From positions 30,258,001-30,322,000 of the forward strand of contig OZ249436.1 in NCBI GenBank assembly GCA_965235115.1: a stretch of 64,000 bases of DNA, written 5' to 3'. A program made the position numbers and the translations under genes. Source of the DNA: Laetmonice hystrix. Its lineage: Eukaryota. The notes beneath the pieces are model-generated. The model was given only the letters and a program-made list of their open reading frames with translations, did not search any database and was not told the origin of the DNA. Shown piece after piece: positions 27,700 through 41,131 of this stretch; the first letter of the stretch is position 1, and every line of letters starts with the position of its first letter.

Positions 27700-30470
27700 G
27701 CCATGCTATGCAGTGAAAACGTGAAATAGGCTCCTACTTTAATTTTAAGCTTCATTTATATTGGCGAAAAACACATGTGCATATATGCACATGAACAAAC
27801 CGAAATTCGCAAAATTTGCACGTCGCGGAAAATACGGTTGAAAAAAAAAACACACTAAGTGGTCTCCGGAAGTTCACGAAAAGTGTATTGGAACGTGTAC
27901 AACATATTGCAGTCTTATCATTAAATACCTGTATGTCTGGATAAATAGATATATCATTTCACGAATCACAGTCTAATAAATAATCAATAATATGATCAAG
28001 ATAATATACCAGAGAGAGAAGGGGTTCTTTACAGCTTGGAAAACTGAGGCATACAGATGTGAAAACGTAACAAAATTACGCTGTGGCCTAACGTGGTCAA
28101 AAAAGTGTGCGTCGCGAAGAATCACAGATATACTGGACATGTATAACATGTCGAATCCTATTCATAAATTACCTGTATGTATGGACAGAAACGTACATGA
28201 CAAATCGCAAATCAAGTCTTTGTTTAGAAATCCACAATGGTCAAGTGGACAAGCCAAGGCAGATTGTGAACATTCTGCCTGTTTCAAAACCACGGCAGTA
28301 TGTATTCTGGGGCATATGTGCATAAATAGTAATTCCACATCGACACAGACATTATATGTTTGGCAACATAATCACCATATACCTGCCCGTATATTTGGAC
28401 AGTGATACCTCCAAACAGGTGGTTATGAAAGCAGTAGGCTACACATTGCACATGGTTTACAATGTACATGTATATGCAAATAGTCTTCCTCTCTCATGAA
28501 TTATGACATAATAAATCACCCGCTTCACATGTTATTACTTAATAACCTGTGTGTATAGATAAAGAAGTATGGCATATCGCAGATCAGAGTAAAAACAATT
28601 CCATGATGACTCTTTATGGTAGCCGTACACAAATCAACATTAAGTTAGAGAGAATAACATGTACAGGACTAACGCTTCACACGTTATTATTTAATTACCT
28701 GTTTGTAGGGATAAAAATGTATGACAAATCACAGTAAACACGATTTATTGTAATAATACACAAATCAACGGTCATTTATAGAGTGAATAGTCTATAGTGC
28801 AGTTCACACCTCAAGAGTCTTTGAGAGAGAATACTTCCCCCGAGGCTGTAAAAGCTGATATACTCCAAATGTAAGACGTAACAAAGGCACTGAGTGGTCT
28901 TGAGAAGAAGTCCGCGAACCGGATGCAGAAAGGTTCATGTTTGTTGTAACATGTATAACATGTCATAATATTATCAATAAATTACCTGTATGTATGACAA
29001 AAAACGTAATAAATCAGTCCGTTTTCCAAGGAATCGATCTTGTAGTTTCGATAAGGCATATTTAATTGGTGAAGATGAAAGTATTCACGTTCATACATAG
29101 TATACTTCTTTTTCTCAAAACAATTACCTATAGGGAAGGTGGGGTAAAATGGCCTATGCGGGTCATATGGCCCACCCCATTATCTGAGCTGTTAGCTGCT
29201 GCCATCTAGCGTTGACTATATGTACTGTTAGTCTATGTGATGTACGTCTTGGAACAAGCCATGCAGACAACGTCAGTTCATCCAGTGGCCGACAGATGAT
29301 CGAAGTCAAAAAGTGACGTCTCTGACCTAAGATAGGCCTAAGTATGGCAGACTAGATGTCATCACTTATAATCAAGACAGCCTGGAGTGATTGTACCCAT
29401 TGATAAGTCAGTTAGTGAACTAATTATAGGATAAAAGAATCCAACTCTCTCATGCGTACCTCTTGTATGACATTGACAGAACATGTGAGTTGGCAGGTGG
29501 GGCAATATGAATTTTACCCCATAAAGGTGGGCCATTTTGTACAACCCATTGGACAAAATGGCCCACTTTGGCAAAATATTTCTTGGCAGATTTTCCTGGA
29601 AATGGCTTGTAGGATTCATGTTCACTTCATCTATGTTGCTGCTGATAAGGTCATGTTTCAATTGCATATAGTCAGCTCCTCTTCGTAGTGCATTAACTTA
29701 TGTAAAAATCACCCTGAAGCTTAAGGTGGCCATTTTACCCCACCTTCCCCCTATATGTATGTTTAAGATGACATAACAAATCGCAATCTAAGATAAAATT
29801 CCATATACATGTATTTGGAACTAGTAAACCATGTAAAGTGTTACAAAGAGACAAGACTTCTCACGCGAAAAGTCAAGAAAATTTAGTCAAGGCAAGGCAG
29901 ACGAAGCATGTTGTCTGTATCGAGACCATAGCAACGAACCTCATTCGATTTCGGTTAAATTCTTACATACACTTGTTTGATAATACATTGATAAATTGGC
30001 CATGATCCCTTCTGATATAAAAAGTAAATTTATATCAGAATATGTACAAGTTAAGGTACGAAATCTTCAGTAAGTTACCTGTACGGATGGATAAAACAGC
30101 ATGACATATCGTATATCAGTGTCTTGACGGCAAAAATAACATAGAAAATCTGACAAAACCACGTATTTGTTATATCAGGGAGATGTCGACAAAAAAAAGG
30201 CATCACGAAAAGGTTACCTTTATCCCTGTAAAACATGTCGCTTCGATTTACTAAATTACCTGTATATATGGAAAAGGGAATGCACCTCAGGGAAAACTAA
30301 GGGCGATACCGTACACTGTACACCTCACATTCTTATAAGTAAAATACCTGTACGGATAAAGCAGCACTATTTGTCATATCAAGAATGGGAAAAGTTGAGA
30401 AGAAATATCCGTCATTTTCTCAAAATATTACCTGTATGTAGGGTTAAGATGACATAACATATCGCATCAC
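27700..30470. repeat. Old degenerate tandem array with conserved core aattacctgtatgtatgga...atgacaaatcgca
   Basis: ~10 cores near 27925, 28165, 28541, 28692, 28977, 29121, 30071, 30252, 30341, 30426, with residual similarity between them. Confidence 0.7.
29133..29751. mobile_element. MITE with TA target duplication (Tc1/mariner/pogo-like), inserted in a core of the degenerate array
   Basis: TIR gggaaggtggggtaaaatggcc / ggccattttaccccaccttccc; TA on both sides. Confidence 0.8.
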
Positions 30471-33269
30471 TAACCCAGGAAAACATCACACAAAGTTCAG
30501 ATATCGGAGGTTTTAGGTACTGATGAAGTATGACAGCAAGGGCCAGAAAACACGTCACAAGTAGACGAGTGGGTGATCGGGAATTTGTTTATGATCGAGG
30601 ACCTGATCAGACTCATGAAGCGGTTAAAACAAAGACTGTATCACCCTAACTAGGACCACGTACGTGACGTACAAACGCCTTTCAACTGAGCAACCACACA
30701 CAGTATGTGTACCATGTCGGTGCACAGCTACTCGTTTTAATAGCAAAATAGGTTAAACTGTTCCACCATTTCAATGATAGTCTTTGCTATATTTTGATAT
30801 GGTGGCACCAGTATATCTGTGTATTTTGCTATAATCCCGGTAATTTTAATTACGGTATCCAGGAAATTTGGTTGTATAGATTTGATCAAGGTTAGAACAT
30901 GTGGTCCTTGGCCTTGTTTCCTTAACGTGAGATATACCTGGACGTCTCCAGGTTTATCTCCATCAGCTATAGTACACAAGAACTCCTCCTATACCTGTCG
31001 ATGATGGCACATACTGTGAAAGAGAACAAAAGTTTCTAAGTCGGACTTTTCACAGCTGACGATACAACACCTTTCTTACTGTTTCTCAACCTACACGTCT
31101 TTACCCAAGTTTAAAGTGTTTCCATTCTAAGTTATATCCTCACCACAGTAGGTTGGATGTAATTTGTATGCAAGTAGGCCTACACTAATACTTTAAATGC
31201 TTCTTAAAAAGTAGCACCGCAATACAGAATAGGAAACCAATTCATCAGGAGTAGATCAATTTTACGGTATGTCGAAAAACTGGAACTCACCAATCTAGTG
31301 TTCTGGTGCCGCCTCCCGTCGTCTTGGGTGCCTGGTTGATGGGAGCCTGCTAAATGCCACACGGCATATCATTTCACCATGCCACACGGCATATCAGTTC
31401 ATCAGGCTTATCAGTTCATCAGGCATTCTAACAGTTCATCAGGTACATCAATTTACCTGGGTAAATAGACTTTGGCCTGTAGCCGTGGCTCAAACAGGAA
31501 ACATACGTTTCACATCAATTCATAACACTTAACTCCATTACACGTAACTCCATTCCCATTAAAGGTACGTAATCCATGCAGGTAATGACAGCAATCTATC
31601 CACGAGATGTTAGCACGGCGCAGTGTCAGAATCAGCCATGGCTTCCAAGATGGCGGCTGTCTCAAGTGACGTTTTTGACTGACGGTCGAGGGTGGACCTG
31701 AGTAATAAAATTATGCGACATAATTAAACTAATGACAATAAGTAGAGTGGAAGCAGCCTAATAGAAATTCATCCAACCTTGATTTGATTCTTACAAGTGG
31801 GGGATTTTACAACGTTGATAATCGCAATAGCCTCGAACACAGATGGTTTGGATGCAGAGAGGGAGGGAGGGGAGGGAGGGAGGGACAGAGATATAGAGAC
31901 TGAAGCAGGGAGAGACAGATGAGTATCAAGGAAAGGGGGGTGGCAAGGGAGAAACTGCCCCCCCCCCCCGGGATTTCCATCTTAAAAAGTACTATTCGGC
32001 CTGGATCCCCAACATTGACCCTTGAATTGACACCTGATACTTGCACAAGAGGCACTGCCCCCTGCGTATTTCGGCCAAACTGCACCCTTTAACAGACACA
32101 CACGAAATTCGTGCAGCGCTATAGAGGTTCTACATTTTACCGGCAGATTTTTTCCGTGCTAAATGCGGAAACAAGCGCCGCTTGACCTTCATTCGAAATT
32201 GACACCAAAGCAAAGGAATCACGGCTTCACAAGAGCCCACTTGACCCGTGTCGTCATCCCAAGAAGAAGAAAAAGTACAATTAGTCCCCGGGGAGAAGGA
32301 GGTCCTACAGGTCTTCAGGCCTGCAGATTCTATTTTTGGGTAAAAAAATTATCATTTTTATCCACACCCATATTCGATGTCCCCCCCCCCCCCCCAGCTC
32401 AAAAGATGGTATTCCTACTTCAGTTCCAGTGCCTATGACCTAAGAGTAACTAGCTCATAATTACCGTGTTGTGCTAATCTGCGCTTCGTCATCATGTCGA
32501 CATTTAGGAAAGTTCTTTCTGCATGCCCTGTGTGCCAACGTTGGTTTAGAATTTGTTTTGGTCAAACTTCCATCCAATGCCCGCATGGTCGTCTCGCCGG
32601 TCAGATCCTCCAAATGTCGTACTGAATAGATTTGTTTGGCAGGCGAGATCCCAAGAACCAATCGGATGTAAGCAAGAACGCGCGCAAGATCTATTTTTGG
32701 TCGATCATATCATTCTGACGTCACGTTAAAGGACGCCGCGTTCCGATGCTTTTCGTCTGAGTGTCAACATTTCATGACACACGCGTGGGCCTCATCGACC
32801 ACTTTGACACAGGGGGGGGGGGGGTGTTCACGTTCGCAGCGCCCTCTATACGACCAAACATATTGCGAGACGCGTGAATGGCCAATTTTATTTATGTGAA
32901 ACGTGAACGTCCTCTATTGTTTCACGTAATGCGTGACAGGCTCATTTGGCATGAAGCGTGATCCTTCAAAATAATCTGATGTGACTCGTCACCAACTATC
33001 TTATAAGCGATTTTAGCATTGCGAGTGCGCATGGTTTGTTTGGTAGCCGTGCGAGTCACGGTTCGTTGGATACTCAGGGGTAGCTGCCAGAGCACGTGGC
33101 TTGTTTGGTAGCCAAAACACACCGCCCATCCCATAATGCACCGTGCGGTTGCAATGCTAAAATCGGGGTTTCTAATGGGAAACTTTGATAAGCTGTTTAT
33201 CATTCATCAGTCAGCTAGGTGGCTCTGTCGAGTCGACCACAGAACCACCTAGCGAGGGAGCCGGGGACT

Positions 33270-33443
33270 CAGTATGTCGTAATTACGACAAAGCTATGTC
33301 GTAATTACGACATACATGTATGTAGCTTTGCCGTTATTATGACTTAGTATGTTGTTATTACGACATAGCTATGACGTTATTACGACTTATTATGTCGTTA
33401 TTACGACATAGCCATTTCGTCAGTATGATTTAGTATGTCGTTA
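33270..33443. repeat. Tandem ~21-22 bp palindromic unit (tatgtcgtaattacgacata), ~8 copies
   Basis: Direct reading; abuts the 52-bp satellite. Confidence 0.85.
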
Positions 33444-33880
33444 TTTGCTCCAGTCTGAGGCCAGTCAATACCTGTAGAGAACCCTCACTGTAGTGTTTGC
33501 TCGAGTATAAGGCCGGTCAATAGGCCTACATGTAGGGAGCACTCACTGTAGTGTTTGCTCCAGTCTGAGGACTATCAATACATGTAGAGAGCCCTCACGG
33601 TAGTGTTTGCTCGAGTATAATTAAGGCCAGTCAATATATGTAGAGAGCCCTCACTGTAGTGTTTGCTCCAACCCAAGGGTATTCAATACATGCAGGGACC
33701 CCCCATGGTATTGTTTGCTCGAGTGTAAGGCCAGTCACTACATGTAGGGAACCCTCACTGTAGTACACATGTATGTGCTTGCGTATAAGGCCGGACAGTA
33801 CATGTTGGGAGCCCTCACTGTAGTGTTTGCTCGAGTATAAGGCCAGTTAGTCCATGTGGGCAGTCTGAGGCCAGTCAATG
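33443..33880 (-). repeat. 52-bp satellite, ~8 copies, reverse orientation relative to 53084-54955
   Basis: ccctcactgtagtgtttgctcgagtataaggccagtcaatacatgtag is the reverse complement of the 53-55 kb unit. Confidence 0.93.
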
Positions 33881-36800
33881 AAATGGGTCTATCTGTTTCC
33901 CCTAAACAGACGTTAAGGCGTACGACCATTCCATTTGCCATTGTTAATTAAACCTTTACGGCAAATTGCCATTGGGACTGCTTGACAACGTGGTCGGACG
34001 TTTACAGACGGTGTATAGGGGAAACAGATTAGACTCTAGATGGGAGTAAATGATCGCCCAAACGTAGGCCTATCGCCTGCCTCCTGGACAGTAGATCTCT
34101 AAAGCCATGGAAACATGAAATGATGTGACATAAATAAATAAATATGGCGTATGTGTACAGAAATAGCAGGTTTTATACCAACATCTCCACCTTTCTGTCT
34201 GCTTTGAGAAGCCGAGAGTGTCTGCCAACTTGACATTTTTCCTATGAATGTCATTGTTACCTTCTTCAGTGTGCACAATTATGCTTGTAGGCTACTGGCC
34301 AGGAAATGATTTAAAATGCTAAATACATCTGTTTTACATAATATTAGGTCATTATTCCTATGTTTGTATGCATATCTGGTATGGTAATTCGCTACTGGAA
34401 TTTTCGCATAGTAGGCCTATTCGTAAATATCGTAAATAAATATGGTGTATGTTTGCAGAAATATAGCTGGTGTTATACCAACATCTCCACCTTTCTGTCT
34501 GCTTTGAGAGACTGTCGGCTCCTTGCTAGGTATAGCAACGTAAACAGCCAACTCTGTTACCTCCTTTGGCAATAACAGGATGTCCTCCGCCTCGCGTATA
34601 TTTCCATGAGATGGTCCTGACAGGCCTGAAGGCGAACTACGCATGGGGAATTCTAAAAACTTCAAGTGAACTGGCAATCTGGCAAACATATCTCAAGATA
34701 TCAGATCACTATCTTATTCGCGATATGTTGGCCAACAACCAAATAGTCATAAGCGGTAGAAATATTTTTCACTACTTTCGGCAAATTATCATGTTTAGAT
34801 CGTAGGCCTACATTCCTTTTAAATAAAAGTATGCGACAAACAAAAATTTAAAAAGGGCATTTTCCTCGCATTGTGAACTCTCATGGCCATGATGCACTTT
34901 TTTTTAAAAAAGTTGTAAGATGTCTACAATAAAACAAAAAGAGAGGATACATAGACAGATCTAGTGTTAGCAGGCCTACAGGTCTATAGGGGCCTAGTAG
35001 GCCAAAGTTCTGCGGTCGAGTTACTGGTTGACTCATTGGGTGACGGCTGTAAATGGCACTATTCAACAAATGTGGCTTAAAAAATATATATAAAATAATA
35101 TATTTAAACCGTATAATCTTCAAATATATATTTCTCAAAGCTAAAAGTTTGATCATTCCCAATTTAGATTTTTTCCATGAGGGATAACTTTAGCTTGACT
35201 TGTGGCGCCACCTGCCGTTATACGGTCCACATTACGGCCTCATGCCTGTCGGTGGCTCAGTGTGACAGGATTTCTTCACAGACTATTTAAAAGAAAGAGA
35301 GAGAAAGAGAGAAAACCTGCCTGGGTACATACACAACTGTTCTTTATTTGTTCTCTACATGGGCTTATATAAAGCTGAGATCCATCAATGTTTTGCCATC
35401 CCCATCAGTAGGGATCTTTTATCGTACATCATTGGTGCAGAGACTTGCATGCGTAATAAGAAATTCCATCATTAGCGAGACATCCAGGACCTTTTCTGTG
35501 AACCATAGAACGTGTTACACGTTCATATATTTGTGAATATATAGCAAACGTTTACTAGAACAAGGATAAACAAGTATGCACGGCTTTGGAAAATTTGAGA
35601 TGTTGACCATAGTTGGGGAAGTACATTCTCGGTGAACATTGAAGCGTACACTTAGCCAGATTCAAATAGTTTGTGAGTTCGATTCACAGACTGTCACACG
35701 TGTAATGTGATATCTCCGAATGGAATCAGCCTTCTAATAGTTAGCAAAACTGTCCATAAGAAACAAAATGACACAGGATCATTACATACGACCCTCTCCC
35801 ACAAAAGAAAACTACATTCAGTGAGATTTGTTTTCAAACGACAGATTCCTATAGTGACATAAGCCAGTGGATGTGGGAGGCACGCAGATCTTTTTACTCT
35901 ATCATATGGACATTAAGTGTCATTTTCAAAAATAATCTGCATCAAGCTTTACATTTTGTGTAACTACCCCGACCACCTCCTTGGTCGTTTAAACTTAATG
36001 TGCGATTTGCTTGAAATATATATCTCGGACCAGGAGGCCTCCTGTGTATCACTGTGTATTCGTAAGTTACACAATGTACCTGTCTACAGTTCACATGACA
36101 GGCATAGTCTCTGGCAATAACCATTGAGATATTTCTTCTTCCATAATAATGTATGATATACTATTACAATGTTTCCTTACCACAACCCCTACCCGTACCC
36201 CTGATCATCGACTTACGTTAGATAATTTGTTCAAGATTTGATGCAGCATGATTCTGGGTTCCGTCCAATTTCACCATTGACATCGATTCAGAATCTTTGG
36301 CAAAAGCAATTACTTTAGATTACCGTATACACGGACATGAGGTGATATGTGACTTAACCTGAACCATTTAGGAACGTAATTTTCACATGCTATGCTCAAT
36401 GAAATGACACATTTGTCAATCGCATACATAGTTTGACATTTAAATATAACGGGGCTAACATAAATAATAATCTTTGTTGAGAGTATTTCCAAATATTTCT
36501 GGTCACCTGGCCCTTACCACGAGTTATCGGCGGTGACCTGTTCCATATATTCAGTCGCTTGTGGCCCTCAAGAATTGGTCGAGTTTTATATACCACAAGA
36601 ACACGTAAAGTGTCAGCTCTCTAAAAGACACCAACTTTATTACCTTGCTCGTAATATTCAGGGAACGCCCTATTCTATCTGCGCTGTCACTAAGTTGGTA
36701 TCATGAGAAAAACGCTTCTAAAGTTTATGATATAAATCTCAAAATCAACATTTCCAATCAAATTGGCAGTTATCTGCACATGACCCTGAGGAACAAGTGC

Positions 36801-36900
36801 CTGAAAAAGATAGATCAGATCACTTTTTACTGAGTGTGAAAACGTACTTCAACTCACACTTAAAATGACACCAACATGTTCTTCAAAACTTCAGCTAATG

Positions 36901-37203
36901 CAGGGTTCCCAGACAAATCTTTAAAGTACATGTCAGGACTTTTCCATGTCAAAATTAACATCTTCCATGACTATTTTCTACGAATATGGGGTCCAGCCAA
37001 GAGAAGTCAAAAGAACATTTTACTCACATCGGTGAAAAAAGAAGATATCTCGTGAACAAACTCATGGTTTGTGCAAAATTCCATGACTTTTCCCCTGAAA
37101 TTTCAGTTTTTCATGATTTCATGAAAAAAGACAAAAATCATGACTTCATGATTTCCCATGTGGGTTTCATATTCAAAAAGTTTCCACGATCGTGAGAACC
37201 CTG
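36901..37203. mobile_element. ~300-bp MITE with CAGGGTTC...GAACCCTG ends
   Basis: cagggttccca / tgagaaccctg; internal tccatgact repeats; no clear TSD. Confidence 0.6.
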
Positions 37204-38356
37204 AACCTAGAGACATAAAACCGGACATTGAGGTGTGAGGCTAGGAACCACTAGAGGTCACTCTGAGAGACACTAGAGGTCACTCGGTGCACTTTGGGGC
37301 CTGGATCCCAGTACAGGATCTCCCCAAAAACGTGCTGTCAGCAGATATTGTTCCGGTTGATTCCTGTATAGCAGGTAAAGATACGTTCCATACATTATTA
37401 ATCTGACCCCGGTCTATACACAACAATCTATTCACGTAGTTTGATTCCATTGAGTTTGATGAATCAAGGCATCCAACTGTGACACACTTAATGTGGACAA
37501 GGCACCTCGCGATCGAATAATTTATGAGGTATCCCTTGTGTCAGGACGGACTTGGCAAACTAGTCAGATCTCACTAAGATACAGTTTTCTAAAGGAGATA
37601 GCAACTAGTAAGTACACAGTCTAAAACCTAGCAAGTCCCTGGAAACTAATGCTTTATGTAATCAACCAAGGGTATGATACCCGGTACCACCTTCTAAAAG
37701 TTTCAAAACGCTTTCAGTCCAAAACGCTCAAAGGAATTACTTGTAACAGAAGCTAAAGAATTACAGACTAGGTTCACCATCGAAATGTTATATCTAGTGA
37801 CAAACGTCACTACCAAAAATAGAAGTAGAACCAGACTTTTTAGGCTGACTTGGGAAAAAAAGGCATTTCACTCACTACATGTACCGTGTAAAAGTGACAA
37901 ATATACAACAGCCTTGATATTAAAGGATAACAGGATACCCATTCTTATTAAAATTCTTGTGCAACATGTAAAGTTTGAAGTCACAAATGATATTTCTTTC
38001 AAAAGAAAGGAAATGCTGGGTAAATATTGACTGTTCTAATAGAATATGGCACAGATTTTCTGACTGAGCAGCAGACGTGTGGGGTGACTGAGATTATCTT
38101 GGTGCCTACTCTCCAGTTCCTAAACATCGCTCATAGATCTATCCAAACAACAAAATGTACAAACAATGTCCAACAACATTTAAACACACTTCAGGCATCT
38201 AAGCAACATACGATACTCCAAAATTCGACGGGAAATTTTACACCTGATTTTTCCCCAATATTATTGCCAAGCTACCGGGTATGCTATATTGTCTTTCAAC
38301 CGCCCCCCCCCCCCCCCCCCAAAAAAAAACCCTCTCGGATTAATTTATCTCCGATA

Positions 38357-38638
38357 TCACAGCATGACCCTTTCAGTATGGTTTACCTTCTCCTGACTAC
38401 CAGACTGGCTGGTGATCTCATTGTGAACCTTATCATCCCTGATCACATCCCGACTGTTGAGAGCGACCTGTTCCTCCTCAAAGGGTTGACCTTCCGGCCG
38501 GGTCCCACACCAACAGGTCGATGGCAGGGTGTCCGGGAGGGGCTTGTTGAGGGTTTCGGGTAACGCAAAGCTGAGAATACCACACGCAGTGGCTAAACAT
38601 CCAAACACAACGTAAGGCAACGGTTTGGAGTACTTGTC
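38357..38638 (-). CDS. SLC22-family organic cation transporter, coding exon 10 (DKYSKPLPYVVFG...LPETLNKPLPDT...ERVML stop)
   Basis: cttccAG acceptor; LPET motif after the last TM helix; 282 nt including TGA. Confidence 0.93.
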   Translation of the reverse strand, partial: DKYSKPLPYVVFGCLATACGILSFALPETLNKPLPDTLPSTCWCGTRPEGQPFEEEQVALNSRDVIRDDKVHNEITSQSGSQEKVNHTERVML

Positions 38639-38814
38639 CTGGAAGTATACACAAGTGTGACTCTGAGTGAATTGGTTTGTTTCTGGGCGAGAGGAAGAGG
38701 GAGTTATAATGCTAGAACTAGTGTGTCAACTCAAGTTAAGTGAACATGGAATTGTCATGGCATTGTCATGGAATTCTTGTCTATTACTGTCATTACCACA
38801 ATGTATAGACTCAC

Positions 38815-38887
38815 CAAGTACACAATCTGAGGGGCAAGAACTCCCCCAACACGGGCGGCCATCGAGCATGCTCCAACGCCAATATTC
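38815..38887 (-). CDS. SLC22 transporter coding exon 9 (RNIGVGACSMAARVGGVLAPQIVYL)
   Basis: ggcAG acceptor, GTGAGT donor; 73 nt; family TM11 motif. Confidence 0.93.
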
Positions 38888-39086
38888 CTGCCAATAATGT
38901 AATATTCAAATATAATAACAAATACAAAAATAATCACAGAGCTATAAATGGCAAGCAATTTAATAACACAGACCTACATCATCATCATATATCGTAAACA
39001 ATGATCAATCATCAAATATAAATGCTATGAACTAGAAGTTTCCTGGCTGTGAATATTTAAAAAGAAAAGCCCAGCTTCTCCTCTAC

Positions 39087-39207
39087 CTGACTACAGTTGG
39101 GAAAACCTCAGCAGAATAGACTTGAGCAGCCGCCCATCCCCCAGCTATGCCACACCGTCCCAGCAAGGCTAACGCAGTCGTCAGCTTTGGCATGGTTTTC
39201 AGTTTAC
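39087..39207 (-). CDS. SLC22 transporter coding exon 8 (GKLKTMPKLTTALALLGRCGIAGGWAAAQVYSAEVFPTVVR)
   Basis: ttcAG acceptor, GTagag donor; 121 nt; YSAEVFPTVVR matches the SLC22 ELFPT motif. Confidence 0.93.
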
Positions 39208-39514
39208 CTGAAGCATCAAAAGCATGGAACCTTCAAGTCATGAACGAGTAAGCACAACTGGCCACAAGTTACGACTTTCATAATTTATTTTACATTTCTT
39301 GACACAGGTCCCTACAGCATATCTCACTGAATATATATATATATGTTGCTAGATCATTGAAGCACTGTCTTTACATTGAAGTTCATCTATCATCATATAA
39401 TACATTTACTCACACCACATTTTTACTCAAGTTATTTTTCACTCAGTACTGTCTTAGGTAGGAAGTGCAAATTCCTTATCATTTGATTATTTTTTCTCAG
39501 ATTTCACCACATAC

Positions 39515-39597
39515 CTGTTAGATCTACAAAAAAGATGGCAAACATTGAGACACCTGCCATCAACATCAGAAAACATAAAGTTTTCCGCCGTCCAATC
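39515..39597 (-). CDS. SLC22 transporter coding exon 7 (RIGRRKTLCFLMLMAGVSMFAIFFVDLT)
   Basis: tacAG acceptor, GTATGT donor; 83 nt; second MFS GRR motif. Confidence 0.92.
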
Positions 39598-39906
39598 CTG
39601 TAAGGAGAAATTAGATCCGAGTAGATGACAACTTGGTATAATATCATTTGTACTTTACTCACCTGAATCATGTGACTAAGGTGCGGAAAGTTATCTCCTA
39701 AACTTTTATTTCAATCAAACATCTTTTCAATTTTTTGCCAACCACTGCTGATAATGTGATCAGGTGGCTAAAAAAATTATAGGAACCTTTTATCCTTCAT
39801 TAAAATTATAAGTTAATTCAATGTAATTCAACATTAGAACAAAGGTGAAAGCAATCAGAAAATATGTTTGAACCATTCAATAAAAATTCGCTTGCAGTAT
39901 ACACAC

Positions 39907-40041
39907 CTATTGTTAACAAGGACCACAAAGATAAGGGCCGGAATCTCGACGAGTCCTGAGAGAAAAACGTTGATGTATTTATTGCCAGTCAGGTTGCCAA
40001 TGTTAAGGGAGGTACCATAGTAAACAGCACTGCTAACAAAC
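39907..40041 (-). CDS. SLC22 transporter coding exon 6 (WFVSSAVYYGTSLNIGNLTGNKYINVFLSGLVEIPALIFVVLVNNR)
   Basis: tacAG acceptor, GTgtgt donor; 135 nt; YYG and LVEIP motifs. Confidence 0.93.
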
Positions 40042-40240
40042 CTGTATCAGAAAACAAAAAATTATGATACAAAAATAATTTACATGATTCAAAATATGAT
40101 TTCATAAAGAGTGCCCACTGTCCAAAGATCCCACCTATGTGCACTAGTTACCGGTAATTACATCGACAATACAAAATTAATGAAACTGTAGTTAAAAGGA
40201 GATGATGAGACGCTCGGAAGAAAAATCTTAACATAGTTAC

Positions 40241-40341
40241 CATGCATAGGTGAGAATGAATGTATTCTTGGTCATGTATATATTACGACACAGATCCCAA
40301 TAACTGTACTTCTCCTGCTGCCTCCGTCTCTCCATCTCTCG
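40241..40341 (-). CDS. SLC22 transporter coding exon 5 (REMERRRQQEKYSYWDLCRNIYMTKNTFILTYAW)
   Basis: tgtAG acceptor, GTaact donor; 101 nt keeps frame between exons 4 and 6. Confidence 0.88.
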
Positions 40342-40501
40342 CTACAACAACATCATCATTTAGTACAATATTACAGGGGAACTACACAAATTTCCTTTTC
40401 AAATTCCCTGTGTTTTCCTTGTGTTTTCCCTGTCCCACAATATATTTTATTATATTTAATTTGCAAATGAAGAAAACTTTTAATTATCTTGTTATACTCA
40501 C

Positions 40502-40634
40502 TGATGCATAGACTTGAAGCTTGTCAAAGTTTGGTATTTTTCTTTTGTTGAATCTTGCCATTTGTGAGAGAATATCTGTTGCCTCATCGATCCTGCCTTT
40601 CTGAACTAACCACCTGGGACTCTCCGGGATAAAC
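40502..40634 (-). CDS. SLC22 transporter coding exon 4 (WFIPESPRWLVQKGRIDEATDILSQMARFNKRKIPNFDKLQVYAS)
   Basis: ctgcAG acceptor, GTGAGT donor; 133 nt; PESPRWL signature. Confidence 0.95.
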
Positions 40635-40941
40635 CTGCAGAGATATGTGGGTACACATATTGCAATCATATTGCACAGAAAGGAGAAAGATCTCATGAAT
40701 TTTACATGTGGGTACATGGATAGAGAAGTTCCTCTGTATCTCAACGAAGCCATCTGTGGCAATACAAGGAGTTTTACACTCATTGAGCTGCACCATTGAG
40801 CTGAAGGTTGAATACACCCCTAAACTGTGTTAAAATTTATAGTAGAATCAAGGATGGTTACAAAATGGCCTTCATGATCACAATTATTCACAGGTGTGCA
40901 AATTATGCAAAATCTACTTAAATAATTGATCTATTCCTTAC

Positions 40942-41131
40942 CACCATGTAAACATCAGTAGGATTCCACCCACTGATGTGGTCAGTGATAATATTCTCCA
41001 GTCACGGATAAAGAAAGCCAGCAGTGCTAAAGTCATCACTCCGCATGCCCAGAATCCAATACACCCACAAAACGTCCGCCACTTGGGTCCAACAAACTCC
41101 AAGGGCAGAACAAAATTTATCAGCAATGTCC
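40942..41131 (-). CDS. SLC22 transporter coding exon 3 (GTLLINFVLPLEFVGPKWRTFCG...IRDWRILSL...FTW)
   Basis: tttttgcAG acceptor, GTAAGG donor; 190 nt; EFVGPxxR and RDWR motifs. Confidence 0.94.

Noticed and set aside
27900..30470. Repeat-spacer (CRISPR-like) reading of the degenerate array
   Set aside because: Spacing is irregular and the intervening sequences are related to each other
32461..32661. ORF with an HRACRKNF motif as a possible transposase zinc-finger remnant
   Set aside because: Too short, no start or splice support, family not identifiable by eye
38027..38563. 178-aa + strand ORF
   Set aside because: Antisense to the SLC22 last exon and UTR, includes homopolymer-derived PPPPKKK, no recognisable domain
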